This document shows positions 17,508 to 27,417 of a stretch of 64,000 nt of DNA, piece by piece (positions within the stretch are counted from its first letter, which is position 1; every line of letters begins with the position of its first letter). Source of the stretch: Polyangiaceae bacterium (GTDB taxonomy: Bacteria > Myxococcota_A > Polyangia > Polyangiales > Polyangiaceae). The notes under the pieces were generated by a model. That model did not search any database and had not been told where the DNA came from. It was given only the letters and a program-made list of their open reading frames with translations. The position numbers were made by a program, and so were the translations under genes. The stretch covers positions 290,578 to 354,577 of the forward strand of contig JBILLK010000009.1 of NCBI GenBank assembly GCA_044376115.1. Reading direction: 5' to 3'.

Positions 17508-20354
17508 TCAGGGCGTCACGCACAAGCTCAGCGTGTAGCCGTTGATGGTTCCGGAATCGCTCGAGACGGTGTCGGAGGCGTTGAGCACCCAAGCTCCGGT
17601 CGCCGACGTGCCGATGATCGGCATCATCGACGCTTCCGGTGCGAACACGCCGGTGAACGGCGCTACGCCGCCCGTGATGCTGTTCGCTGCTTGCGAGCTG
17701 AAGAAGGTGTTGGTGTAGTTGTCCGACGAGCCACCGTTTCCGGAGGTGAGCTCAACCGGCGGAGCGTTGGGAGCGTCGATATTGAGCGTAACGTCGCTAT
17801 TCCAGGTGTGTAGGATGTTCACGCCGACGACCAGCCGGGTCACGTTCCCCATGTCGGGCACGTTGATGGTCGAACTCGTCGGGGTGCCAGAGTCAAAGGA
17901 GGGGGAGGGAAGGCCCATCGCCGAGTACTGCAGCAAGGTCTCACCGGGCCCGCAGCTCAAAACGGCGCAGCTGTTGGAGCAACCGTCGTTGTCGATCATG
18001 TTGCCGTCATCGCAGGCTTCACCGGCTTGGATGATGCTGTCGCCGCAACCCGGTTGCGAGACGGTGACGTACACGAGGTAAGGCAGACCCGTAGCGTCAT
18101 CCCCGTTCTCGTTCACGCGCACGTAGTAGGTCCCAACCGGAACGCTCGCCGCGAACGCGTCAACACCAGGGTTGATCAGCGAGCACAGGTCATTGCCGTC
18201 GTCGTTGTCGGTGCCGAGCTGCACCATGCTCGAGTTGTAGAGGCGCACGAAGGAATCGAACCCGGCCGGGCAACCCGAACCGGTGGTGTTCGTCACCTCG
18301 ATGCGCACGCTGGAGTTGGCGTTGGTCACGTCGAAGCGGAACCAATCGGAGTCCGCGACGTAGTTGATTTGGCCCGAACCGCCCGAGCAAGCCGTGAGCG
18401 GCGTTGCTGCACCGAACGAATCATTGGGCTCGTTCTCGGCGCAGAAATCACCTTCGATGAAGCACATGTCGTCACAGCCATCGCCGGACGTCACGTTGCC
18501 GTCATCGCATTCCTCACCGGCCTGGATGATGTTGTCTCCACAACCTGGCGCGAGCACCTGGGCCTTGAGGATGTACGGCGGAATCGTCGCGTTGTTGCCG
18601 GACTCCTCGACCTTGAGGAAGTAGGTGCCGGTCGGCAAGTTGCGGGCGAAGTTGTCGATCGTCGGGTTGATGAGCGAGCACGAAAGGTTGCCGTCCTCGT
18701 CGTCGTTACCGAGCTCAGTTCCGGCCGAGTTGTAGAGGCGGATGATGGTGTTCGCGTTGGTCGGGCAACCAGCGCCGGTGGTGTTCACCGTCTCGGCGCG
18801 GATCGACGAGTTCGGCACGGTGACGACGAGTGAGTAGTAGTCGCCGTCGGCGGTGGGGTTGATTGCGCCCGTTCCACCGTCACAGCCCGCGAGCGGAGTT
18901 GCCGAGATGGTGTCGTTGTTGGGCTCGGCCTCGACGCAGTAGTTGCCTTCCACCTCGCAGATCGCGCTGCAACCATCGCCAGCGGTGTTGTTGCCGTCAT
19001 CACACTCCTCACCGATCTGCGGGATCGAGTCGCCGCAGCCAGGGGGATTGACGTCGACCTTGAGTACGTAGGGCGGGCTGGTTCCGTTGTTGAGGAAGTC
19101 GTCCACTCGGATGAAGTAGGAGCCCGCAGGTAGATTTTGCGCGAATGCGTCCGGTGCGAAGGCTTGCTCGGCGGCCGGATGAATCAACGAACAGCCGTTG
19201 ATGCCGTCCTCATCGTCCGTACCAAGCTGGGTGCCGGCGGAGTTGAAGAGCGTGATTACCGAGTCAAACCCAGCTGGGCAGGTCGTCCCGAGGATGTCGA
19301 GGACCTCAGCGCGGATGCTTGAGCCCGGTACCGTGACTACGACCTCGTAGTAGTCCTGGTCGCCAGCGACAGTGATCTCGCCAGCTCCGCCGTCACAGGT
19401 CGTGAGCAGCGTCGCGTCCATGATGGTGTTGTTGGGCTCGCCTTCGGGGCAGTAGTTCCCCTCGAGCTGGCACATCGAGTCGCAGCCGTCTCCGCTCATC
19501 ATGTCGGAGTCATCACACTCTTCACCGGTCTGCACGGTGCCGTCACCGCACACCGGCGTTTCCGTGCAATCATTCTCGCAACCGTCGGCCGCGACCATGT
19601 TCATGTCGTCGCACTCTTCACCGAGTTGTTCGATGCCATCACCGCAGATGGGCGGATTGACCGAGATCTCCACGATGTACGAGGCGACTGCCGCAGGCGC
19701 CGTGATGCGCGCGAAGTAGAGCCCCTCGACGGCAACCGAAGCGAGGTCGGTGTCAACCGTCCCGTCGATCACCGGGCACGTGCCCGTTTGCGTCGAGATC
19801 TCGAGATTGAACGGATCGTAGATGTCGAGCTTGACCGTTGCGTCAGCCGGGCAGCCGCCCATGCCGTCGGAGATCGCCACGCTGACGGTGCTGCCCAGCG
19901 GAGCAAAGAAGGAGAAGATGTCGACGTCGTTCAGCGACGAGAGCTCAGCTGTGAAGCCAAGCGTGTTGTCTTGCAGCGGGTTAGCCGTGTTGAGCGAGCC
20001 GTTGGGCTCGGTCTCCGGCGGGTAGTTCGGATCAATGACTCCGCCGCCCTCGCCACCAGCTCCGCCGAGGCCGCCGGCTCCGCCGAGGCCGCCCATGCCG
20101 CCGGTCGTCTCTCCGCCGCTGCCGCCCCCGCCAGTGGTTTCTCCGCCACTGCCGCCCCCGCCGTTGGTGGTACTTCCAGCTTCGCCACCCTTTCCGGCTT
20201 CACCACCGTTACCAGCTTCACCACCGCCGCCACTCGTGGCGTCTGTGCCGCTGGGACAAGCCGTGAGGAGGAAGAACAACAAGGCTGGAAGGCTTGCGCG
20301 CGCAGACGCGGGTCTTCGCAGCGGACTGGCAACTATCGGAAACAAGGAAGGCAT
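17508..20354 (-). CDS. Large lipoprotein with alternating PPC-like domains and DUF4215 (myxococcal Cys-rich) repeats, C-terminal proprotein convertase P domain
   Basis: LTAC lipobox, Gly-rich linker, repeated EPNN...D.DY modules, CGDG..Q.GEECDDGN...GDGC repeats, ILHTWNSDV...GAWVL...D P-domain; GGAGG RBS before ATG 20354. Confidence 0.85.
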   Translation of the reverse strand: MPSLFPIVASPLRRPASARASLPALLFFLLTACPSGTDATSGGGGEAGNGGEAGKGGEAGSTTNGGGGSGGETTGGGGSGGETTGGMGGLGGAGGLGGAGGEGGGVIDPNYPPETEPNGSLNTANPLQDNTLGFTAELSSLNDVDIFSFFAPLGSTVSVAISDGMGGCPADATVKLDIYDPFNLEISTQTGTCPVIDGTVDTDLASVAVEGLYFARITAPAAVASYIVEISVNPPICGDGIEQLGEECDDMNMVAADGCENDCTETPVCGDGTVQTGEECDDSDMMSGDGCDSMCQLEGNYCPEGEPNNTIMDATLLTTCDGGAGEITVAGDQDYYEVVVTVPGSSIRAEVLDILGTTCPAGFDSVITLFNSAGTQLGTDDEDGINGCSLIHPAAEQAFAPDAFAQNLPAGSYFIRVDDFLNNGTSPPYVLKVDVNPPGCGDSIPQIGEECDDGNNTAGDGCSAICEVEGNYCVEAEPNNDTISATPLAGCDGGTGAINPTADGDYYSLVVTVPNSSIRAETVNTTGAGCPTNANTIIRLYNSAGTELGNDDEDGNLSCSLINPTIDNFARNLPTGTYFLKVEESGNNATIPPYILKAQVLAPGCGDNIIQAGEECDDGNVTSGDGCDDMCFIEGDFCAENEPNDSFGAATPLTACSGGSGQINYVADSDWFRFDVTNANSSVRIEVTNTTGSGCPAGFDSFVRLYNSSMVQLGTDNDDGNDLCSLINPGVDAFAASVPVGTYYVRVNENGDDATGLPYLVYVTVSQPGCGDSIIQAGEACDDGNMIDNDGCSNSCAVLSCGPGETLLQYSAMGLPSPSFDSGTPTSSTINVPDMGNVTRLVVGVNILHTWNSDVTLNIDAPNAPPVELTSGNGGSSDNYTNTFFSSQAANSITGGVAPFTGVFAPEASMMPIIGTSATGAWVLNASDTVSSDSGTINGYTLSLCVTP

Positions 20355-20514
20355 GAGCAAACCTCCGTAGACGTGAGTTCAACCGAAGACGGCATCAGGG
20401 CTGCCCCCAAACCCGCACACAACGGGCTTCTTCGGACGAGCCACCGGGCTCGAAGCGTAACTACTTCAATAACACGGAAGAGCCGTGCAGTGGTCGAAAA
20501 GCCTTCGTTCGGCG

Positions 20515-21435
20515 CTAGCGATCGATCCGCGTGGGCAACTCTGGATCGAACCCGTCCCGGAGCTCTTCTACCTCCGCGCTCATGTCGATCTCGACCGTTT
20601 CCTCTTGGTTCAACGTGATCTGCGTGGTGGGTAAAGGACGTTGCACCGGTGGCAGATTCAGTGGCCGACTTGGCGTGGGAGGCGGCGTTCCGAGCAGATC
20701 CGCCGTTGCGCGATACGCCGGCGTTTGGGGAACCGGCGGTGCCTTCGAAGCTTGCAACAGATCTTCATAGGACGCCCGATCCGCTGAGACGGTTGCCTCT
20801 TCGGGCGGAGGCCGCGAGGTCGGGCGTTCGTCCTCGACGCTGGGGCGGGAAGCTGGAGCAGGTGTTGGCCGGGGCTGGCGCGCTTGCTGCGCACCTGGCT
20901 GAGAACGGTCTCGAAGGGCTGGCGCAGGGGGCATATCGACGATGGCCCGTGCGGATTCACGTACGCCCTCAGGCACGCGAAACGGGGTTGGCGACCCGTC
21001 TGCCAAACGAGAAAACCCTGAGGAAGCGTTGGACGCCCGCAGCACCGGGATCGGCGGGCTGGGTGGAATGACGCTTGGCTTGCGCCGCATCACGGGAACC
21101 GGTGACACGTTGCCACCGATCGCATTTCGCGACAGCGTTCGCGAGGTTACGACGACATGGCGTGACTTTCGTTCTACGAAGATCGCTCTACCGAAAGGGC
21201 GCCAACGCGGCTCGATCATGGGTTGACCGAGCTCCTCGACCAGCCAGCCGACCAACTCGGCGCCCATCAGACTGGTGTCGCTGGCCTCCTGCACGACGCC
21301 CTCAACGACGCGGTATTGACTGTTGCGGGTGGCGTACACGCAATCCCCGCCCGAGTCGGCGCGCAGGCGATCCTCGAGGTAGGCGTCTACGGCGTCGCGC
21401 ACCAGTCGGTCAGCATCGAGCGTGAGGTAGCTCAT
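20515..21435 (-). CDS. Hypothetical protein (small N-terminal domain, long Pro-rich tail)
   Basis: 306 aa ORF with ATRNSQY N-terminal segment and low-complexity C-terminus. Confidence 0.65.
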   Translation of the reverse strand: MSYLTLDADRLVRDAVDAYLEDRLRADSGGDCVYATRNSQYRVVEGVVQEASDTSLMGAELVGWLVEELGQPMIEPRWRPFGRAIFVERKSRHVVVTSRTLSRNAIGGNVSPVPVMRRKPSVIPPSPPIPVLRASNASSGFSRLADGSPTPFRVPEGVRESARAIVDMPPAPALRDRSQPGAQQARQPRPTPAPASRPSVEDERPTSRPPPEEATVSADRASYEDLLQASKAPPVPQTPAYRATADLLGTPPPTPSRPLNLPPVQRPLPTTQITLNQEETVEIDMSAEVEELRDGFDPELPTRIDR

Positions 21436-21506
21436 TCAGCGACACCCATGACACCACGTTCGGTCCTGGGTTGCATCCTTGTCGTTCGGCCTTCTCGCGC
21501 GGGCCA

Positions 21507-22745
21507 CTACGGGCGTCCGAGTACGAAGAACGTTGTCACCGGCGACTCTCCAGTAGCGGTCGCACCCACCCAGAGCCTTCCAGCGTCGTCGCTGAACAGC
21601 GACAAATTGGTGTCGGGCTCGTTGAGGGTCAAAAGTGTGGAAGTCGTCCCGGCCTGCAACGAACCACCGGCGGTGGTGTACTCCACCGCAACGACGTCTT
21701 GGTGCACGTTGCTTGCGTCGTTCGGCTGCAAGACCAACAGGCCCGGCCTGCTTGCAGAAGGAGGCACGGCTGCAAAGGCGTCCCCGTAACCTGCGAAGGT
21801 TGCAAGCTCCACCGAATCGAGTGGGAGGGCTCCACCGACGCTTTGGGCGCGGTAGCCGTGAATGGTTTGCGTGCCGACGACGTAGTCGGTCATGATCGCG
21901 AAAAGATTGCCGTCGAGGTCCGCCGTTACCGGGCCTGCCGCAAGCCCGAACGCAGGCTCCGCGACACCCGCGTTCGACAAAGTCGCAGCGCATTCATCGC
22001 TCGCTGCGGCGTACAGCGCGAGTTCCGCGTTGGTCGGACCTTCGATCGCTGACAAGCCGGTGTAGAAAAGCCGACCGTTGACGGCCGCGATGCCGAAAAC
22101 ACCCGTCGCCGTTGCGGATTCAACCGAGCTCGGCCCCAGCGTCAGCAGCTCGCCCACGTTGAAGAAGTCGTTGCCCGAGGTCCAGGCGATGGCGGTAACC
22201 GGAACCGCGTCGCAGGCTTGGCCAGCCGCCGAGTCGAAGTCGACCGCGTAGCCTGCGATAAACGCGTCTGAAGGTAGGCCGGTCAGCGGCGTCGTCGACT
22301 CAGTTGGCTCGAGTTTTCCGGCGGCGCCCGGAGCCCAGCGCGTCAGCTTCACCTGCTGGGGCGTTGACTCGGCGATGAGCGGACCGCCGTGGCGACCAAA
22401 CGAAGGAATCTCGACGCCTGGGTGGAGTTCCAACCCGTCCGCGTCCCAACGTTCAAGGATGCAAAGTTCGTCGGAAGTAAGGGAAAAGAAGGACGCCGCG
22501 GTCGAAGCGTTGAGGCACCCTCCCGCTCCACCGTTGCCCCCGCCAGACCCGCCCGCTCCGCCCGCTCCACCCGAACCACCGGAACCACCCGCGTTGCCCG
22601 AACCGGCCGCACCTCCGACCGGTCCAGCTCCCCCCGGGATGGCTCCCCCGCTCCCCGAGGTGTCCGCCTCCCCAGTGTCCGAACACGCCAACACCGACGA
22701 GCAGAGAAGAACGACGGCCGAAACGGGAGACCTAAGCCGAGTCAT
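21507..22745 (-). CDS. Hypothetical lipoprotein with Gly-rich linker and beta-rich domain
   Basis: VLAC lipobox, poly-Gly/Ser linker, beta-strand-rich body. Confidence 0.72.
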   Translation of the reverse strand: MTRLRSPVSAVVLLCSSVLACSDTGEADTSGSGGAIPGGAGPVGGAAGSGNAGGSGGSGGAGGAGGSGGGNGGAGGCLNASTAASFFSLTSDELCILERWDADGLELHPGVEIPSFGRHGGPLIAESTPQQVKLTRWAPGAAGKLEPTESTTPLTGLPSDAFIAGYAVDFDSAAGQACDAVPVTAIAWTSGNDFFNVGELLTLGPSSVESATATGVFGIAAVNGRLFYTGLSAIEGPTNAELALYAAASDECAATLSNAGVAEPAFGLAAGPVTADLDGNLFAIMTDYVVGTQTIHGYRAQSVGGALPLDSVELATFAGYGDAFAAVPPSASRPGLLVLQPNDASNVHQDVVAVEYTTAGGSLQAGTTSTLLTLNEPDTNLSLFSDDAGRLWVGATATGESPVTTFFVLGRP

Positions 22746-22907
22746 GAGACCAAGACTTCAGGCATTCTTCGCCGGAGTCAATGCACCCGAAATGGTGTCA
22801 GCGACGCGCATCGATTGAAGCCTCGAGCGAAAAAGGCAGCTGTATGGAGCGAGGAAAACGAGTCTTGTTGCCGGTGGCCCCACTTGCTTGTTGCGCTTCT
22901 GCATCTG

Positions 22908-24638
22908 ATGATCGATTCTCCGGCAGCCACCCCTTCGTGGCCCCTACCTCTTCCCTCCGTGAACAAACCGGCACCCATTGGACCTGGGACGGTCGTAGCT
23001 GATCGCTACGACATACGGCAAAGCCTGGGCAAAGGCGGCATGGGTGAGGTGTTCCTCGCTTTCGATCGTTCGACCCAGCAGCCCACCGCGCTCAAAGTCG
23101 TACGCGAGGAATCGCGCATGCCCGGGGATGACGAGGCGCTGCGTCAAGAACTCTTGCTAGCGCGCCAGGTCAGCCACCCGAACGTGTGTCGTGTGCACGA
23201 CCTGTGTCCCAGCCCGTGGGGCCCGATCCTGGTGATGGAGCACATCCCCGGGCAGACGCTTCACACGCACATCCGTCGTAAGAAGGCTCAAGGTGGCTAC
23301 AGCTCAGACGAGTTCCGGCAGATCGCCTCGCAGGTCTCTGCTGGGCTCGCGGCCATCCACGAGCAGGGGCTCGTTCACGGCGACCTGAAGCCCGGCAACG
23401 TCATGATCTCCGAGGGCCGGGCGATCATTTTGGACTTCGGTTTTGCGCAAGAGCGCGCCCGCCTTTCGGCGCGTCGTCCCGGGGCTCCGCCGGATGGCGG
23501 TACCCCCAACTACATGTCGCCCGAACGGCTGCGCAACGGTGGCGCTAGTGAAGATGACGATGTCTACGCGATGGCGCTCACGCTTTGGGAGATGTGGACT
23601 TGCAAGGTCCCCGATCCCGGCGCTCGGCCCCGCGGCAAGACGATGAAAGCCCAAATCATGTTCGACGTGCCGAGCGGCCTGTCGATCGATGAGGTGCGTC
23701 AGATCTTCCGCGGCATGAGTGAGGATCCGCAACTGCGCCCGCAGGCGCGGCACATGCGCTTCTTCAACCCGACCCAGCTCACCACGAGCACGGCGCAGCT
23801 TCCGCGGCCTCGCCTGGATCCCGGTCCGCCTCCTGGCCGTTCGCAAACGCAGACGTTCTCGCCCGAAGCCCAGTCGATGCTGGTCACCTATGCTTCCAAC
23901 GCGCCTGAAGTCGTTGGGCAGCTGCTGGCGCTCACCAAGCCCCAGATCTCGATCGGTCGTCGCGGGGACCAAGACATCGTCGTGACTGAAGCCACCGTGA
24001 GCGGTGGGCACGCAACGCTGCGTTGGCAGTCCGGCTCATGGATCCTCGATGACCTCGGAAGCACCAACGGCAGCTACGCGGATCACAGCTATGACCGCAA
24101 GCAGCAGGTCACTTTCATGCACGGGGGTGAAGGTCAGGTCGGCGAGCTACGGCTCAAGCTCGTTAGCTTCATCAGTGACGGGCCGCATCACCGGCGCGCA
24201 CGTCAGTTTCTCGCCAAGCGGGATGGTCTGACGGGCCTGCTCATCCGTGAGCACATGCTGAAGTCGATCGATGAAGAGGCCGCTTTCGCCGAGTGGGCGG
24301 ACATGCCGTTCCACTTGGCGCGCTACGAGCTGCGCGGCCCCAATCGTCACGTGAGTGACCGGCCTACCATCCTCGAAATGTTGGCGTTGCGCAAAGCCGC
24401 CCAGCGGGTGGTGGAGCTTTCGGAGACGTTGCTGCTCAGCCTGACGCCTGTCGTGGCTGGTCGGACGGGGCCCTTGAAGTTCGTGGTGTCGATGGTGGGT
24501 CCCTCGCTCGATGAAGCGAGGCACATCGTTGAGCAGGTCGTCTCCCAGGTTCAGGGGATCATCCCGGACACGCTGGAGCTCGCCGCCGCCCTGGTGAAGG
24601 GTGAACCCGGTCGCCCTGGTCGCACGCTCCTCGACTGA
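22908..24638 (+). CDS. Hanks-type Ser/Thr kinase fused to FHA and degenerate GGDEF-like domain
   Basis: LGKGGMG, ALK, HGDLKPGN, DFG, GTPNYMSPE; FHA IGRR...VSGGHA...DLGSTNG; KRDGLTGL. Start trimmed from ORF 22389, which overlaps the divergent gene. Confidence 0.88.
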   Translation: MIDSPAATPSWPLPLPSVNKPAPIGPGTVVADRYDIRQSLGKGGMGEVFLAFDRSTQQPTALKVVREESRMPGDDEALRQELLLARQVSHPNVCRVHDLCPSPWGPILVMEHIPGQTLHTHIRRKKAQGGYSSDEFRQIASQVSAGLAAIHEQGLVHGDLKPGNVMISEGRAIILDFGFAQERARLSARRPGAPPDGGTPNYMSPERLRNGGASEDDDVYAMALTLWEMWTCKVPDPGARPRGKTMKAQIMFDVPSGLSIDEVRQIFRGMSEDPQLRPQARHMRFFNPTQLTTSTAQLPRPRLDPGPPPGRSQTQTFSPEAQSMLVTYASNAPEVVGQLLALTKPQISIGRRGDQDIVVTEATVSGGHATLRWQSGSWILDDLGSTNGSYADHSYDRKQQVTFMHGGEGQVGELRLKLVSFISDGPHHRRARQFLAKRDGLTGLLIREHMLKSIDEEAAFAEWADMPFHLARYELRGPNRHVSDRPTILEMLALRKAAQRVVELSETLLLSLTPVVAGRTGPLKFVVSMVGPSLDEARHIVEQVVSQVQGIIPDTLELAAALVKGEPGRPGRTLLD

Positions 24639-24729
24639 CTTCTTATCGGAACTTGGCTTGCTTCGTTGGTGAGGGGTTTTCACCAACTCAAATGCGTTCT
24701 ATGGCTCCGCCCGCGCACGCGCCATCCCG

Positions 24730-25518
24730 ATGAGACCGCCGCTTCGTTCCACCCCGCCAACTTCGCCTTCGCCCTATCGATATTTGGGGCGTGGAGGCGG
24801 AGAGCGTCCGGTGCGAGTGCAGGTGATCCTTGCGCTGGTGGCGGCGCTCGTTTTGGTTGCCGTGCCGCTCTATCTGTGGCGGCGACCCCAGCCTGCATCG
24901 TTGCCGTCCGCCGACGCCGCGCCTGCTGGTGCATCTCCGATCCTGCCGCCACCGTTGGTATCCGGCCGAGATCCTTCGGACCCTTCACCGACCCAGTTGG
25001 TCCCCTCCAACTCCGGTCCCAAGGTGGAGGTCGCTCCGATCAAAACGTTGAAGTGTCAGAACCCAGGGTCTGGCAAAACTCCGCCGGAGCGCTGCGATGG
25101 CGTGCGATTTTTCGAGGATTCGTTGGCTCGAGCGATTCGCGACAGTGCCTCCTGCGCGCCTGTAAGCAAGTCTGGCTACGTTGTGAGCTTCGTCTTGGAA
25201 GCCCACTTCGGTAAGAAGCGAACGAACTTGTTCTTCGGCAAGTCTACGACCTTGTCGAAGAGCCGTCGTCGCGAGCTCCTTCGCTGCGTCGAGAAGGCGC
25301 TGGCCACGCCCGAATGGGACCGCATCCCGCACCAACACCAGCGTTATTCGCTCAACGCCGTTGCAACCTATCCGCCCTCGGTGGATTCAGCCGGCGGGGA
25401 AGAGAATCGCGTGGAGCCGCTTGCGCCGCAAAAGTCCTCAAAGCCCGGGGACAAGACCAAGTCCAAGACCAAGACGGCACCCACCAAACAAGCACCTAAG
25501 GGTGAAAAGAAAAAGTAG
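24730..25518 (+). CDS. Hypothetical membrane-anchored protein
   Basis: TM VILALVAALVLVAVPLYLW, Pro-rich linker, Cys-containing domain, Lys-rich tail. Confidence 0.7.
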   Translation: MRPPLRSTPPTSPSPYRYLGRGGGERPVRVQVILALVAALVLVAVPLYLWRRPQPASLPSADAAPAGASPILPPPLVSGRDPSDPSPTQLVPSNSGPKVEVAPIKTLKCQNPGSGKTPPERCDGVRFFEDSLARAIRDSASCAPVSKSGYVVSFVLEAHFGKKRTNLFFGKSTTLSKSRRRELLRCVEKALATPEWDRIPHQHQRYSLNAVATYPPSVDSAGGEENRVEPLAPQKSSKPGDKTKSKTKTAPTKQAPKGEKKK

Positions 25519-25528
25519 TCTTGCCGGC

Positions 25529-27364
25529 GTGAGCGTCGGCAACACTCCACTCGACGCATTGCTCAAGCTAGCTGCTGCTAGCGTGCTCTTCGTTAGCTCG
25601 GTTGCTTCGGCAAGCGACGCTGAGCTATCGCCCTACGAGGCCGAGACGGTAGAAGCCGCGCTAGCGGACACAGCGGCGAAGGTCGACCCAGCTCCCGAGG
25701 GCAAGACGATCGAGGCGATCATCCTCCGTCCACTCGACGTGCTCGAGGAACGCGACCCACTGCCGCAGTTCGCGATCGACTTTCTGAACTTCTTTCACGC
25801 GACGACCCGTCCCAGTTTGATCTCGCAACTGTTGTTGGTGAAAACTGGGCAGGCGTATCGCGCAGAGTTTGTCGAAGAGTCGGCGCGCAGGCTGCGAAGC
25901 ATTCGGCAGCTTTCCTTGGTGCTGATGGTGCCGCTGGTTGGCTCAGCTCCTGACCGCGTCAAGCTGTTGGTGATCACCAAGGACATCTGGAGTCTGCGGC
26001 TCAACTCGGACTTTCGCGTCTCGAGCGGTGGTCTCGAGTATCTGCTGCTCCAGCCGGCGGAGGAGAACCTCGGCGGGCTACATCATTCAGCCTCGCTGCG
26101 ATTTGAACTCGACCCAGCAACGTACAGATTTGGATTTGGCTACAAGATCCCCCGCGTCGGTGGCAGCGAGATCGTGGGCCAGCTGTCGAGCAACTTCATC
26201 GTGAATCGTGATAGCGGCGAATTCGAGGGCTTGGTCGGAGGGCTCTACTACGGCCAACCGCTGTTCTCGACACGCGCGGGCTGGTCGTGGGTTGGTTCGA
26301 TGACCGTCCGCAGCGAGACCACTCGCTTCTTTCAAGGGCTGGAGCCGTTGACGTTTGATGCTCCGGCAACTGTCGAGGACGATCGCATTCCCATCCAATA
26401 CAAGACCGAGGCGCTCGCAGGTCGTGTCTCGTTCGTGCGCTCCTTCAGCCCGTCTACCCCGGGAGTCGCGCTACGCGACGATTGGTCCGCGGTGAATCAT
26501 GACGTGCTGTTCGGGCTCGAGGCCACGCGCAACTCCTTCCGAGCAGACCATCTCTCGGGCCTGCCGCGCGAGGTGCAGCGCGAGTTCATCGCGGCAGAGG
26601 TTCCCTCGTCGGAGCAGCGCCTCTACCCGTATCTCGGCTACGCCACGTACTCGCGACGCTTTCGCAACGAGCTGAATCTCGACACCCTCGGTCTGCAAGA
26701 GAATTTTCGCTTGGGTCACGACGCCTACGTGAAGAGCTACCCCGTGCTCGACATCTTTGGCAGCGATCGCTCGTTCTTCGGAACGACGGCTGGTCTCTCC
26801 TTCACTGCGGTCGCCGGTGCTCTCGTGCGCGTGTACGGTCAAGCCACCGTGGAGACCTCGCTCAACGAGGTGTACGACGCCAACGCAGCCTACGGTGTCC
26901 GCGTGGTTACGCCGGCAACCCCTGTCGGCCGACTGCACTTTGATGCGGTTGACTTTCGTCGCTTCGAGAACGACTTGAACCGACGATCGTCGGTGGGCGG
27001 AGATGGTCGCTTGCGCGGCTATCCATCGGGGGCTTATCGCGGAGAGAACCTTACTGCGTACAATCTAGAATTCCGTTCGGTGCCCGCTCAACTGTGGACT
27101 GTGCAGCTCGGTGCAGCGGCCTTCTTCGACACAGCTGCCGTGTGGAACAACGGTGAGAGCCCCGACTTCCGACAGGACATCGGCGCTGGTTTGCGGCTCG
27201 TGTTTCCTCAACTCGAGCGCACGGGCATGCGCGTCGATTGGGCTGTGCCATTGCAGCTCGATCCCGACGTCGGCGTCACCTCAGCGTTCCCAGGGCGGTT
27301 TGTGTGGACCTTCGGGCAGGCCTTCTCGTTCCCCGACATTAGCTTTCCCAACGTTGCACTCTGA
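25529..27364 (+). CDS. BamA/TamA (Omp85) family outer-membrane protein
   Basis: Signal peptide, one POTRA-like segment (EESARRLR...VITKDIWS), E.NL.G, LRGYP, EFR, AFFD, GAGLR, RVDWA, FGQAF. Confidence 0.82.
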   Translation: MSVGNTPLDALLKLAAASVLFVSSVASASDAELSPYEAETVEAALADTAAKVDPAPEGKTIEAIILRPLDVLEERDPLPQFAIDFLNFFHATTRPSLISQLLLVKTGQAYRAEFVEESARRLRSIRQLSLVLMVPLVGSAPDRVKLLVITKDIWSLRLNSDFRVSSGGLEYLLLQPAEENLGGLHHSASLRFELDPATYRFGFGYKIPRVGGSEIVGQLSSNFIVNRDSGEFEGLVGGLYYGQPLFSTRAGWSWVGSMTVRSETTRFFQGLEPLTFDAPATVEDDRIPIQYKTEALAGRVSFVRSFSPSTPGVALRDDWSAVNHDVLFGLEATRNSFRADHLSGLPREVQREFIAAEVPSSEQRLYPYLGYATYSRRFRNELNLDTLGLQENFRLGHDAYVKSYPVLDIFGSDRSFFGTTAGLSFTAVAGALVRVYGQATVETSLNEVYDANAAYGVRVVTPATPVGRLHFDAVDFRRFENDLNRRSSVGGDGRLRGYPSGAYRGENLTAYNLEFRSVPAQLWTVQLGAAAFFDTAAVWNNGESPDFRQDIGAGLRLVFPQLERTGMRVDWAVPLQLDPDVGVTSAFPGRFVWTFGQAFSFPDISFPNVAL

Positions 27365-27417
27365 GCCACAAAGCGGCCCTGCTTTGCTGTACTTTGCCGG
27401 GCCAGCGAGGGGACGAA

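Noticed and set aside
22389..22907. N-terminal extension of the Ser/Thr kinase
   Set aside because: It overlaps the divergent lipoprotein gene on the opposite strand.
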